A DNA stretch of 41,266 bases from Octopus bimaculoides (GCF_001194135.2 NC_068983.1:156975280-157016545); one strand, 5' to 3'; numbered from the stretch's first letter, positions 23,470-35,314 are shown. The notes: a model not told the origin generated them from the letters alone. Made by a program: numbers and translations.

Positions 23470-23941
23470 CTTTTTCTTTCAGTCAGTTGACTGCAATCAT
23501 ACTGGGATACCACCTTGAAGACTTTTAATCAAACGACTCAACCCCGGACTACTTTTTTTTACCTGAGATTTATTTTATCGGTCTTTTGCCGAACTGCTAA
23601 GTTTCGGGGACGTAAACAAACGAATACCTGTTTTCAAGTGGTGGTAGGGGATAACACAAATACACACACACATAAATACATACATACGTACGTACCGTTC
23701 TTCCATTCTCCGAACTTTCCATCTTTCCGACGAAGGACTACGCCCGAAACGTCATACACTCTCTCTTTCCTTTCCTGAGCGTCCAATAATACTATCCATA
23801 TCACGTCCTCACTTTGTTGTTTTTTTGTTTTTTTGTTATTGTTTTTTTGAACTATATATATATATATACACACACATATATATATATAGTTGTAGTCATG
23901 AAGTCAAACCAGTCATATTTTAAAACCAGCACCATATGTGT

Positions 23942-24020
<79 letters not shown>

Positions 24021-24185
24021 TGTGTGCGCGCGCATCCATGTACGTATGTAATATATATATATATGTATATCACGGGATACGTTCAATTCCATCTACCAAA
24101 TCCACTCATAAGGCTTAGTTCCCCCCGGGAACTGTAGTAGAAGACACTTCTCCAAGGTACCACGTAGCAAGGGAACCATAAGATC
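23470..24185 (-). mobile_element. SINE family B with expanded internal microsatellites and an inserted PLE-like terminal fragment (~23695-23830)
   Basis: 3' half at 23470-23660 and head/core at 24070-24185 (CCATCTACCAAATCCACTCATAAGGC...GTAGAAGACACTT). Confidence 0.8.
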
Positions 24186-24739
24186 GGAATGCAAATTCTT
24201 TTACCGCACACCCACGCGTGCACTTTAAAAATATGGAAAGCTTCACAAATTTACGTGTCCAAATCAAAAATACATTTCCTAAATTAAATTAGGTCCTGAG
24301 TAGGTTACAGCTCCATAACAGATATCTATTACCTACAAAATTAAATCAGTCGTATTAAGCCCAAATTTAAGCAGTGTAAGTAGGATATGTGATAATTGAA
24401 GGGAAGCATTTAAACTATTAGCGATCAGTAATAAAACTTAGCTATCTCTCGAACAACAAGAAATATTCACTATTTTCTATATTTATTGTCTCTTCAGAAA
24501 ATGAACCTATCACATATGAGTAAACAATTATAGCATACCCCGAACAAAAAATTATCTTTGCGAACACAAAGTTAAGTCCGTTAGCTATAATTATTACGTC
24601 CACGTGTACTTCCATATTAATCTCGACAGAAACTTTTTATATAAGCTCTAGAAATACTGAGCCGTAGATAGCTCTCTCCCCCTCTCTCACTCTCTCTTTC
24701 TCTCCCTCTCTCTTTCTGCGTGTATATAAATATATAGAG

Positions 24740-24740
<1 letters not shown>

Positions 24741-24812
<72 letters not shown>
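24741..24812. repeat. (GATA)n microsatellite
   Basis: Direct read. Confidence 0.98.
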
Positions 24813-24813
<1 letters not shown>

Positions 24814-25734
24814 TTCAGGATAAATACAGGTTTTATATTTTTTATTTTCATATATGCACNNNNNNNNNNNNNNNNNNNNNNNNNNNNNNNNNNNNNNNNN
24901 NNNNNNNNNNNNNNNNNNNNNNNNNNNNNNNNNNNNNNNNNNNNNNNNNNNNNNNNNNNNNNNNNNNNNNNNNNNNNNNNNNNNNNNNNNNNNNNNNNNN
25001 NNNNNNNNNNNNNNNNNNNNNNNNNNNNNNNNNNNNNNNNNNNNNNNNNNNNNNNNNNNNNNNNNNNNNNNNNNNNNNNNNNNNNNNNNNNNNNNNNNNN
25101 NNNNNNNNNNNNNNNNNNNNNNNNNNNNNNNNNNNNNNNNNNNNNNNNNNNNNNNNNNNNNNNNNNNNNNNNNNNNNNNNNNNNNNNNNNNNNNNNNNNN
25201 NNNNNNNNNNNNNNNNNNNNNNNNNNNNNNNNNNNNNNNNNNNNNNNNNNNNNNNNNNNNNNNNNNNNNNNNNNNNNNNNNNNNNNNNNNNNNNNNNNNN
25301 NNNNNNNNNNNNNNNNNNNNNNNNNNNNNNNNNNNNNNNNNNNNNNNNTATATATATATATATATATCTGGTATATCTATATATATATACCGTCAAACCC
25401 ACCACTAAGGAGTAAAGGGTCTTTATAGCAATGAATGCAAGATGCATTTTCGTTACGGCTGAGTCTGACATTGTAGAATTTGTCACTTCTAACAGTACTG
25501 ACTAAAGACGGTGCTCTCGTGGACTGGGCGGAAACGTGAAAACGTTGCTGTCAAAAGCAGACAAATCTCTCTCCCTCTACCTCGTCTCTTTCTCTCGCTG
25601 CATATGTATGTATGTATGTATGTATATATATATATATATAGCCAGTCATACTGTCTCTTAAGACAGTAAAACATTCCCTCAATATACACAAGAGAAAAAG
25701 GCCAGGTCAGTTCCTTCTCAATTTTATTCGATTG

Positions 25735-26067
25735 TCAAAGAATATGTATAAGAATATGTATATGTATTTTTCCATATGTGTATTTTCATACACTGTTTTT
25801 AACACTGTTTTTAACAATTTCACCTTAATATCAGAGAATGTGTGACAATCAGTATGTGACACTACAAAGTTCATACAAAGCTTTATACTTTAAATATATT
25901 TTATCATCAAAGAAGGTATATATGCATTTTAATACTCAGACTGTTTTTTAACATTTTTTATTATTCTCAAAGACTTTTGATAATCTTTTTCTAAAAAAGT
26001 GAAACCGGTTAAGTAAATAAATATCTTTAAAAAATAAGTGCATTTTCAAACCTTCTTTCATATATAT
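25735..26067 (+). repeat. dispersed ~330-bp repeat, copy 2
   Basis: Aligns with 680-1015. A shorter related end lies on the - strand at ~22575-22680. Confidence 0.85.
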
Positions 26068-26616
26068 TTCCACTCGTACGGTATTCCACAACTTTACTTT
26101 ATTATATATATATATATATATATATACTTTTTTTTTAATAGATAAAAAAGACACACACACCTTCATCTTCTATCTCATTCTCTCTTCACCACAACTACCT
26201 ATGCTAAAATGTACCTAGAAAATAATCTTACAAAACGTTTTATATTGCATAGTAATACAACTAAATCCTGTACCTCCTAATACTTTGTACACAACACATT
26301 CAACCATAAGTGAGACATACGCATATAAAGAGTATCTCAGCTAAGTAGTCATCATCGTCTGGTAGAGCTGATGACCAGTCAAACTTCGAAGTCACTGTCA
26401 CAAGGCTTTCTTGTAAAATAAAACACTATATTCTGTGTTTATATATTGAGTTCCTCCTCAGTTAATGTCCGATTGTCTTTACGTATATTTATGCATAAAG
26501 GACACACATCAATATATATATATGTATGTATATATATGTGCATGCATGCATATGTGTGTGCGTGTGTGCATGTATGCATAGATATATATATATATATATA
26601 TATGTGTGTGTATATA

Positions 26617-26702
<86 letters not shown>

Positions 26703-28103
26703 TGTATGTATACACAATTACATCTATATGTATGTGCGTCTGGTGTTTGTGATTTATTTCATTCATCTCTATGGTCTAGTGATTGGTTCACATCGATGGC
26801 AATCTTGTATTTTTGTACGAAAGTTTTCCAGCCGCGATAAAAACAACGAAACATGTAATTGAAACACAGAAGATAATTATTCTACGAGATGAATATGACT
26901 GATAGGAAAAAGAACATTCATAAATCCATTTTTTTTTTCTCTATAGAAATTTTCATTAAATAACAACTTTATAGTCTGCCTATTTTGTCATGAACGTTGC
27001 TGTAAACTAACTTTATAATAATGTAATGTCATGACATTGTTCCGAAATACAAGTTTATCTAATCGACTAGAACTTACTGAAATAATTTGGTTTCTGCTTA
27101 TTCCTTATTCCATACGATATTGAATACATTTTTGTTTTTGGTTTATTTGTACATGGGGTTCATGTCGGTGTGATGTAAGTTACTTTTATGACTGATCATG
27201 TGACAGTTTTCTTTATATAACAGCCATCAAACAATAGCAATAAAGATACTGAATTGATTGTATATATTTCCGTATATGCGTTTGTGTGTATACCTTTGTT
27301 GGTGTATATGCATACAAATAACATGTTATGACATCACATGCTTTTGCACCTGGTTACGAGAATATATGAGGAGATACTATTAAATTATAATGTCAACCTA
27401 AAATTGAATAAATATATATTGGTATTTCATAAATTTTCATTCTTGTCTAAGATACTTCGTTATAAACGTAATAAATTGGTTTACTTGGAGAAAGAGGAAA
27501 AGTTTAATGTTTCGCTTTTATCCTTCGTCGGGGATAAATGTTTTCTTATGTACCGAACATATATAATAGATGCAGTGAGGATGACAAAAAGACGGGAGAA
27601 AATAATGAACTATAAGAGTGAGAAAAGAGAATATATCAAAGAATAAGTGAGAGCAAAGAATACATGAGAGGGAAGAAAATAGAAAGAGGCAACATAATAA
27701 CGGAAGTGGATAGATATCAGAAGACGACAGGGATATGATTATTAATAAGAATACTAGCAAACTGTGAAGCATGATGATAAATCTGGGTTGCAAGGATTGG
27801 AGAGTGTAAAGTTAAGAGAGGAAAAGAAAATTACCTCGAAACTGTTCAGTTATTTCCCGTCGACAGATCTCTGGTTCCTGTAATCCTAGCTTTTTAGGTT
27901 GTCTTTTAATTTAGACGGTCAAATGTGAGCTGTAGTCTTAGTAATGGCTAGCATGAGTATATTGTAATTTTAGTATAACATTACTATACATCTAACAATC
28001 TGACCTGCCAATGTTTGTTATTGCAGATTGAAGGAGAAGGTTGTAACAGCACTTTGAACACACCCAACTAAACACCATTTACCACAGCTGACTATTTTGA
28101 AAA

Positions 28104-28803
28104 ATGCAGTCGGGACGTGAAGAGAATTTAGAAGCTCGCTATGCAATAGTTTTGTGTTAAACTGGGCAAAAATGCGACAGAGGCGGATGAAATGCTCTAG
28201 ACTACTAATGGATTAACTTGTATGAACCGAGCATCTATTTTTCACTGGCACAGGAGGTTCGAGGTTGGTACAGAAGAGATGAGAGATGTGAGAGGAAGAG
28301 GGAGATCAGACCATCAGAGCTGACTAAGAAAATTCGCAATTTTCTGAATGAAGACAATGAGCATACAGTCTGGAGTTGATTGGAAGCTATACACAGAATT
28401 ATTCATGAAGATCTAAAATGCGCAAAATTTCTGCGAAGTTTGTTTCCAGGTTGTTCAGTGACGAGCAGAATGAAAACTGCGTTGGCGATAGTAAGCAGAT
28501 GGTTGAGCTCATTACCTCTAATCCAAGAGTAATTGAGTTTCTGGGTACATGTGATGAAAGATGAATCTACTGTCATTTTTCAGAGACTTAGCGATAGAAT
28601 GCCCAATGGAAACATTCTGGCTCCCCCATACCTACCAAATTCAGGTAAAGCAAGTCCATCGTGAAGCTCATGGGGAGTTTCCTAATTGACAGCAAGGGCA
28701 TAATTTACATCCACTGAGTTCCCTCTGGTCAGACAATCATCAAAGATTTGTGGAGGTTTTGAGAGAGTTGAGGGAGAGATTTCGTCACAAAAGGCCAGAA
28801 ATA
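28104..28803 (+). pseudogene. mariner transposase N-terminal two-thirds, degenerate
   Basis: MQSGREENLEARYAI/FCVKLGKNATEADEML...SIFHWHRRF...IHRIIHEDL/MRKISAKFVSRL...TCDER*IYC...QWKHSGSP...DSKGIIYIH*VPSGQTI...LRERFRHKRP, i.e. the HTH, the WVPRxL-equivalent motif and the first catalytic D. Truncated before the rest of the DD34D triad. Confidence 0.9.
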
Positions 28804-29169
28804 TATACTATTTGCCATCATCACCGGTTAATGATATCCTTCTATTTGCCTGTACCAGGTCCATCAGTCTGCGCCTCATCCTCTTCTGCACATGACCACA
28901 GCATTCATATTTCTCAATTTTGATGTTCTTATAGATGGGGGGATCAGCATTGTCAAACTACGACAATATATAGCAGAATAGGAGCTATTTTCGCACCAAA
29001 AATTCAACCATTGCGAAAGAGTTTTAGGAGTTCCTGATGGACATGGTTAAAGACGAAGACTTTGTTTACCTTTTGATGGAGAAATCTCAAAATCGAAAAT
29101 TTTGTCCCGAATCACGAAATCTAAGGTATTAGTCTTGCCTTAAAAGTATTTTAACACTGTTTACAGATT

Positions 29170-29570
29170 TAAATGTTTTGGGTATAAGACATGAGCAGAT
29201 CCCATGAGCATTATTTTTTGAATTTCTTTCATTTTTGGATTTCCTAGTATCTGAGCTAGGTAGCAGTCAACCCCTTTTGCTATCGTTCCTAGGGCACTTA
29301 TGAAACAGGTATTGCTTTAGTCTTGAGGTTCCACATTTTGCCAATTTCTATTTCAAGATCTTTATACTTACACTGTTTTTTTTGGTAGATCTTGATAAAT
29401 ACATTTATGTCGATTGGAACAGTCATATTAATGAGGAGGCATGATTTTTGCCCGAAATCCTTCAATATAATGTCTGGCCTATTTGCATCTGTCTTTCTGT
29501 CAGCTTGAACGGTGAAGTTCCAAAGGAGGTGATTTGTGTTCCCACCAGTTTTTATCATGGAGCAGGCTCA
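29170..29570 (-). mobile_element. R4/Dong-type non-LTR retrotransposon 3' fragment (RLE domain)
   Basis: LWNFTVQADRKTDANRPDIILKD...INMTVPID...KYKDLEIEIGKMWNLKTKAIPV..GALGTIAKG. The 5' break abuts a TAA-like repeat. Confidence 0.9.
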
Positions 29571-29589
29571 ATATTATTATTACTATTAG

Positions 29590-29895
29590 CATTATTGAGT
29601 GAGAGAGTAGTACATGTCATCAAAGTGACACTAGAGTAAAATATACGAAGCCCCGTATGCCCATCATGACAACCCCTCTGATAATGGTACACCAGGCACA
29701 TGCATCATGATCTATCAGGATAAACTGCGCATGACCTTGCAGATGGGGCCCATGGTAATCTAATATCAATATAAACAGCGCATGACCTTGCAGGTGGAGC
29801 CCAGTTTGAATTTTATTCAGGTCGAGTAGCCAACCCAAAATGTCCCTGAATAAGGGTTGTTTAAGGATGTTGAACAAAACACCCATGTTTCCAAT
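29590..29895 (-). mobile_element. non-coding repeat ending in TAA-like repeats, with an internal ~51-bp tandem duplication
   Basis: TAAAC(T/A)GCGCATGACCTTGCAG(A/G)TGG(G/A)GCCCA at 29721-29752 and 29772-29803. The 3' end ...CTCTCTCACTCAATAAT is directly followed by TAA-like repeats. The family assignment is from recall. Confidence 0.55.
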
Positions 29896-30104
29896 CCTGA
29901 AATCAATTGATGTGTAATTGAACCTTTTTATGAGTCTTCGTTTGTTTTCTCGAATTCGGCGCGTGTTTATTGTGATATTTTAAGGTAGTTTAGAGAAATT
30001 TGGAGTCTTCATTCAGCATGCGGCTTGGGTTGTATACGTACTCACGTTCCCTGAATATAAATTTATAAATTTATTATTATCATTATTATTATTATTAATA
30101 TTAT

Positions 30105-31100
30105 TCAGTAGTCTTTTATTATTATTTGTTTTGACTCAGGTTCGGGCTTATTCGTGGTATGATTTATATGGGTAGCGGGTTACTACCTGTGACATTAGGT
30201 ATCCACAAGTTTTCAGCAGACAGTCAAGTGCTTAGAGCCCTCCTGTTAATTCTTGCTGTCCCTATGAGACAAACTATAGGAGCTCTACAAGGCATTCAAT
30301 TCCAATCTCCTTCAGCAATTTGTCTATATTTAGGCGTACTCTTCTCAACGCACCAATTATTAGAGGCACGACCTTCGCAGTTTTCATAGTCCAATTTCTT
30401 CCTATTTCAAATTGTGAGGGATTGTATAGTTTGTGGGGTTTCTTTTTTCTTTTTCTTTACGATCCTCGAATCAAGCGGGCATGATGGCTCAATTACTAAA
30501 CAACTTCGCTTTTCCTTATCTATAATTTTTATGCCCGGTCTATTATTTTCTAACTTCTTGTCTGCTTGAATAGGAAAGTCCCACAAAATCTTACATTTCT
30601 CCGACTCCAGTACCCTTTCGACTCGTTGATTGTACCCTGTGTTTCCAGCTTCAAATCCCTATTTTTGACAAAGTTTCAAGTATAAAACTTTTACAACCTG
30701 GTCGTGCCTCCATTTCTTATATTCTTCTTGTGCCAACTTGGGGCATTCTACCGCTATGTTTGCCACTATCTCGTTCCAAGTTCAACAGGCTCTACATTTT
30801 TCTCTCCATATATATTATTTCTCAAGTTGTTTGTTTTTATTGCTTGAACTTCGGCTGCTACAATTAGGCTCTCTGCTTCTTTTTTCAATTGCCCTTTCTT
30901 TTAACCAAGCCCAGGATTTTGTTCCACATACATCCTCGGTGACTTTCCAATCTTGGCCATGTCAAGGTTCCTTTTTGATCTGTCTGAGGTGCTGTCTTTG
31001 AATTTCAGTCTTGTCCTTCTCTCCTATTATGCACTTTATCAACTGTTCTTTATTTACTCTCTTTAGTAGTTTTCTGTGCTGTTTTTCTGTACTACTACTA
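30105..31100 (-). mobile_element. R4/Dong-type fragment: post-RT region, CCHC knuckle, RLE, 3'UTR and (TAA)n tail
   Basis: GQLKKEAESLIVAAEVQAIKTNNLR, CRAC*TWNEIVANIAVECPKLAQEEYKKWRHDQV, KILWDFPIQADKKLENNRPGIKIID...CLVIEPSCPLD, KVVPLIIGAL. Ends in a TAA array at ~30060-30105. Confidence 0.92.
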
Positions 31101-31104
31101 CAGA

Positions 31105-31360
31105 TTTCTGTGCCTCTCAACAAATGACTATGATGCACTCCCACTATTTCTGCTCCTGATCAGAGATGTACATATTGTCAGCCACTAAGGGACATACCCA
31201 AATTGTTAAGGTCAAGCAATTAACAAGCAAATCTGTGGTACTGAGCAGAATATTTTGTGTAGCCCATTTTTACACCAAGACAAAGCATGTACATAACACT
31301 TCCAATCGGTTAAGATCAGAAACTATGAGAGCCAGTACCTGGTACTGCATCAGGGCATTT
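31105..31360 (-). mobile_element. non-coding repeat starting directly after TAA repeats (AATGCCCTGATGCAGTACCAGG...)
   Basis: Bordered by (TAA) at its 5' end, with no recognisable coding similarity. Recalled as a recurrent octopus repeat. Confidence 0.5.
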
Positions 31361-31364
31361 ATTA

Positions 31365-31490
31365 TTATAAGTGACAGTTCTATGGGAACACAATTCCGAT
31401 TTCCTTTAAATTCCTCTTGATGCCTTCTGATACGGTCCCGAAGGACCCAACAATAATTGGCACTATCTTCACCTTCAGTTTTCATAGCCG
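31365..31490 (-). mobile_element. short R4/Dong-type RLE C-terminal fragment
   Basis: KLKVKIVPIIVGSFGTVSEGIKRNLKEIGI, followed by TAA repeats. Confidence 0.7.
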
Positions 31491-31496
31491 GGTTAT

Positions 31497-31622
31497 TTAT
31501 TTCATTCATTCATTCATTCATTCATTCATTCATTCTTCTTCTTCTTCTTCTTCTTCTTCTTCTTCTTCTTCTTCTTCTTCTTCTTCTTCTTCTTCTTTTC
31601 CTCCTCCTCCTCCTCCTTCTTC

Positions 31623-31709
<87 letters not shown>
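31497..31709. repeat. compound (TTCA)n(TTC)n(TCC)n(TTA)n microsatellite
   Basis: Direct read. Confidence 0.97.
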
Positions 31710-31711
<2 letters not shown>

Positions 31712-31722
31712 TNNNNNNNNNN

Positions 31723-32060
31723 TTTTATAACGTGCTTTCACTTCAGTACTGAGCGCAGCTCTGTGTGCCTTGGGTATGTGCTGTGGTTTGCTGCGATGCT
31801 CTTATGGTTACTGTATTGAAAGTGTTTTGCGTAGGATGTGTGCAGTGCCCAGTAGTGCAATTTTCTGAATGTTATATATACTTGTAAGTCCTAGTGTTTT
31901 TGTTATGTATTTGTCTGAATATTTTTTTATTATACCAAAGGCGCCTACTATAATAGGAATTTTTTCTCTTTTTAGATTCCACATTCGAGTTACCTCTATT
32001 TCCAGGTCTTTGTATTTTGAAGGTTTCTCCATTTCTTTTAGGGAAACGTTGCTATCTGCT
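31723..32060 (-). mobile_element. R4/Dong-type 3' fragment flanked by (TAA)n on both sides
   Basis: KYKDLEIEVTRMWNLKREKIPIIVGAFG...KIALLGTAHILRKTLSIQ* plus 3'UTR. TAA arrays at 32061-32135 and 31655-31709 (a 10-N gap lies at the 3' junction). Confidence 0.92.
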
Positions 32061-32061
32061 G

Positions 32062-32117
<56 letters not shown>

Positions 32118-32139
32118 TATTATCATCATTATTATATGA

Positions 32140-32925
32140 TAAAAACTAACAGCTTATTTTGATGGGTATGATGGATAGTCTCTAAAGTGACACTTGTTTA
32201 CTGGTCATGCTTTAAGAACCCTGCGGACAATTCTTGCAGTTCTAAGCAATGCTGATTTTTGTAGGTGGTCTGCCTCCCCATTTGTATCAATCTTTTTGAG
32301 CAACGCTGGTAGTTGAGTGCTGATACTTCCAAGTGCACCAATTACCATTGGTATCACGTCTACTTTCTTCATTGACCACAAACGTCGTATTTCCCACTTC
32401 AAATCTTCATAGTTGTTATTTTATCTTCTTTCTCTTTGAACCTGTTGTCACCAGGACATGCTATGCAGATTATCATGCATGTTTATTTTTTATTCACCAC
32501 AACAATGTCATGTTTTCTATGTCTGGTCAGGTGACCGCACTAAATCATTGCATCCCACAATGCATCTCATTCTCGGTTACTCCTTCTAGGGTTTTCTCAT
32601 ACCATGTGATTTCCACAGAGCTCCCAATGGATCATTGTTGTCATATTGTCATGTCTTTTGTAATCGCGTTGTGCCAATTTCAGACATTCGCTAACAATGT
32701 TCCCATACCGTTTCACCCCTCTCACCACACATTTTTCATTTTTCGCTGTCCGTAGTGTTGTCTATTTTGCACTTCACATTGTTGGTACTTAACGCTTGTT
32801 CTTGAGCTGTACATATAATTGCTTTTGTCTGTATCTTCAGGTCACTCCTCCTAATCCATAGCCACCAGTCTTCTGTATCTGTCTGGCGTTCGTACCTCTT
32901 GCAAACTGCCTGAAATTTTAGATGA
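32140..32925 (-). mobile_element. R4/Dong-type 3' fragment, different subfamily
   Basis: WLWIRRSDLKIQTKAIICTAQEQALSTN, MCGERGETV..IVSECLKLAQRDYKRHD, HDIVVVNKK..CMIICIACPGD, LKWEIRRLWSMKKVDVIPMVIGALG...SALLRTARIVRRVLKA*. The 3' end runs into (TAA)n. Confidence 0.92.
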
Positions 32926-33009
32926 GGTAGCCCTTACTACAATAGAGCTCTGGTCAATAGTAACTTGAAAAAGACCTCATACACCCTAACCCAAGCAAGA
33001 GTCCGGCCT

Positions 33010-33400
33010 AAAATATACCTCGGAAAGTTATATTATTCACTCAGACCTACTTTTTCTTAAGTGTTAGGACGAAGGTGTGTAAAAAATTCCTAGCTCTCAT
33101 ACATAAGCATTTTCCCAAAATCCTTAGATATAGAAACATTTTATTAGAGGCTCTATGAGGGTTGCCCACAGTTGCGGTCCTGATATGAAAAGCATTATTT
33201 CATCTATGCCAATGCAAAACTCACTCCAGACTGCAACTTTTGGAATCCAGATACATATCTACTAGATTAGGTATGTATGGTTAACTCAGTAGTCTATGAA
33301 GTGAGGTTACCACTGTTTTGACAATTAAGGGCATTCACAACACTTGTAGGAGAAAGGTAACGTAATATTTTATGAGTCTTTAAAGAAAGATAGAAGTAAT
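33010..33400 (+). pseudogene. decayed PLE linker and start of the GIY-YIG endonuclease domain
   Basis: RKVILF..., KKFLALIHKHFPK, MRVAHSCGPDMKSIIS and CNFWNPDTYLLD*VCMVNSVVYE match the PLE pattern KFL.LIDKHFP / VKVSYSCMPN..SII / CNCR...CPL.G.C....VVY. Confidence 0.7.
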
Positions 33401-33578
33401 CGGTTCTAATCTCTCTTTAGGTTGCGGAATTTCCTGTTTAAACCACCTATTCAGTTTTCGCACCGAAGCTAAATAACATGTGGAAGAACAAAACAAATTT
33501 CACAGCAAAGGAAAAGTGATATAGTAAATTGCAATTATATAAAACAACAATGAACAATGCTGCACATGCCCCAGGAAT

Positions 33579-33580
<2 letters not shown>

Positions 33581-33661
<81 letters not shown>

Positions 33662-33767
33662 AATAATGGTTTCTGATTTAGACAGCAATATTGAGGGGAG
33701 GGAAATTAGTGGGTATCTCGACCCCAGTACTTGACTGATGCTTTTAATAATAATGATAATGGCGATA

Positions 33768-33801
<34 letters not shown>

Positions 33802-33805
33802 CGAC

Positions 33806-33859
<54 letters not shown>

Positions 33860-34022
33860 GATGCCGATGGCGACTGCGGAGATCAGATGATAATGCTGCT
33901 GCTGATGGTGGTGATGGCGATAGTGGTGATGCTGATGTTGGTGATGCTGATGGTGGCGATGCTGATGGTCGTGATGGTGATGGTGGTGATGCAGATATTA
34001 ACGATAATGATGCTGACGATGA
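33581..34022. repeat. (AAT)n, (GAT)n and mixed GAT/GGT/GCT trinucleotide arrays with an intervening SINE C fragment (~33665-33745, -)
   Basis: Direct read. Confidence 0.9.
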
Positions 34023-34708
34023 AGCAATAAGGAAAATTCTGAAGGAAACAATACAAAAAAAAGTTAATGAAAAAGAATAGAAAAGAATTGAATTATTGCA
34101 TTTTTCTAGAAATAAATAAAAAAAAACTGCCTAAATGAAACAAAAGTTGTCGCAATTTACACTTTAAAAAATTAAAAGTAAAATATAGGAAAGAGAAAAA
34201 TTACAAGAAATATTTATTTGCATGAGAAAAACAACTTTAAATAAACTAGCTAAGAAGAAAATAAAAAAGTAAAGAAATTGACTTGACTAATTCTATTATC
34301 AATTTTGTCTTAGCAATCAGTTAGCTTTAAAAAATACAGTTAAACAGTTCAGCTTGCTTGCTATTTTAGCCAATTCTCTGACAAGTGCTGTCACTATGAA
34401 TGAAATACAATCGGGTTTTAATAGGGCAGCCATTTTGTTCAATCTATTTTTTATAATTATTTCCTTTTTCACTTGATTCATTATCATCATCATCATCATC
34501 ATCGTCGTCATTATCTAAAACGACAACCTTATAACCATTCATTTCTCAGCCTTGTAGAATTTCGGAAAACCTGCGTTACAGTATTTTCATATGGCGTCAT
34601 CATATGTACGTTGACTCACCCTCCTAAGACTAATCTTATTTTTCCTGAAATTTCCTTATCTATCAGTACGAATGGAAATTCTTACTTTTTCCACATAAGA
34701 CAGAAATC

Positions 34709-34757
<49 letters not shown>

Positions 34758-34783
34758 AGGAGGCGAGCTGGCAGAATAATTAA

Positions 34784-35135
34784 TTCTCTCCATATATATT
34801 ATTTCTCAAGTTGTTTGTTTTTATTGCTTGAACTTCGGCTGCTACAATTAGGCTCTCTGTTTCTTTTTTCAATTGCCCTTTCTTTTAACCAAGNNNNNNN
34901 NNNCTCTCTGTTTCTTTTTTCAATTGCCCTTTCTTTTAACCAAGCCCAGGATTTTGTTCCGCATACATCCTCGGTGACTTTCCAATCTTGGCCATGTCAA
35001 GGTTTCTCTTTGATCTGTCTGAGGTGCTGTCTTTGAATTTCATTCTCCTATTATGCACTTTATTAAATGTTCTTTATTCACTGCCTTTAGTAGTTTTTCC
35101 GTGCTGTCCTGTAAGTATTTTAAAAGGATTTTTCT
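34784..35135 (-). mobile_element. second copy of the R4/Dong segment at 30800-31100
   Basis: Near-identical for the first ~190 bp, then more diverged with indels. Contains a 10-N gap with duplicated flanks. Confidence 0.85.
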
Positions 35136-35224
35136 TTCCATCTGTACGCGAAGACGGGCGAAATCCTGCAAAGTATTCTGTTCGTCGTGCTAACGATTAT
35201 TAATGTTGTTGTTGTTGTTGTTGG

Positions 35225-35264
<40 letters not shown>

Positions 35265-35314
35265 GCTGTTCTTGTTGTTGTTGTTGTTGTTGTTGTTCTT
35301 ATTGTTGTTATTTA

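Noticed and set aside
25488-25545. CTGACTA...GAAACGT as another hammerhead
   Set aside because: The core is mismatched and neither helix II nor helix I pairs convincingly.
33731-34030. 99-aa Asp/Asn/Met-rich ORF
   Set aside because: Entirely trinucleotide-repeat derived, with no splice or start context.
34853-34944. 41-bp direct repeat around a 10-N gap
   Set aside because: Same overlap artefact.
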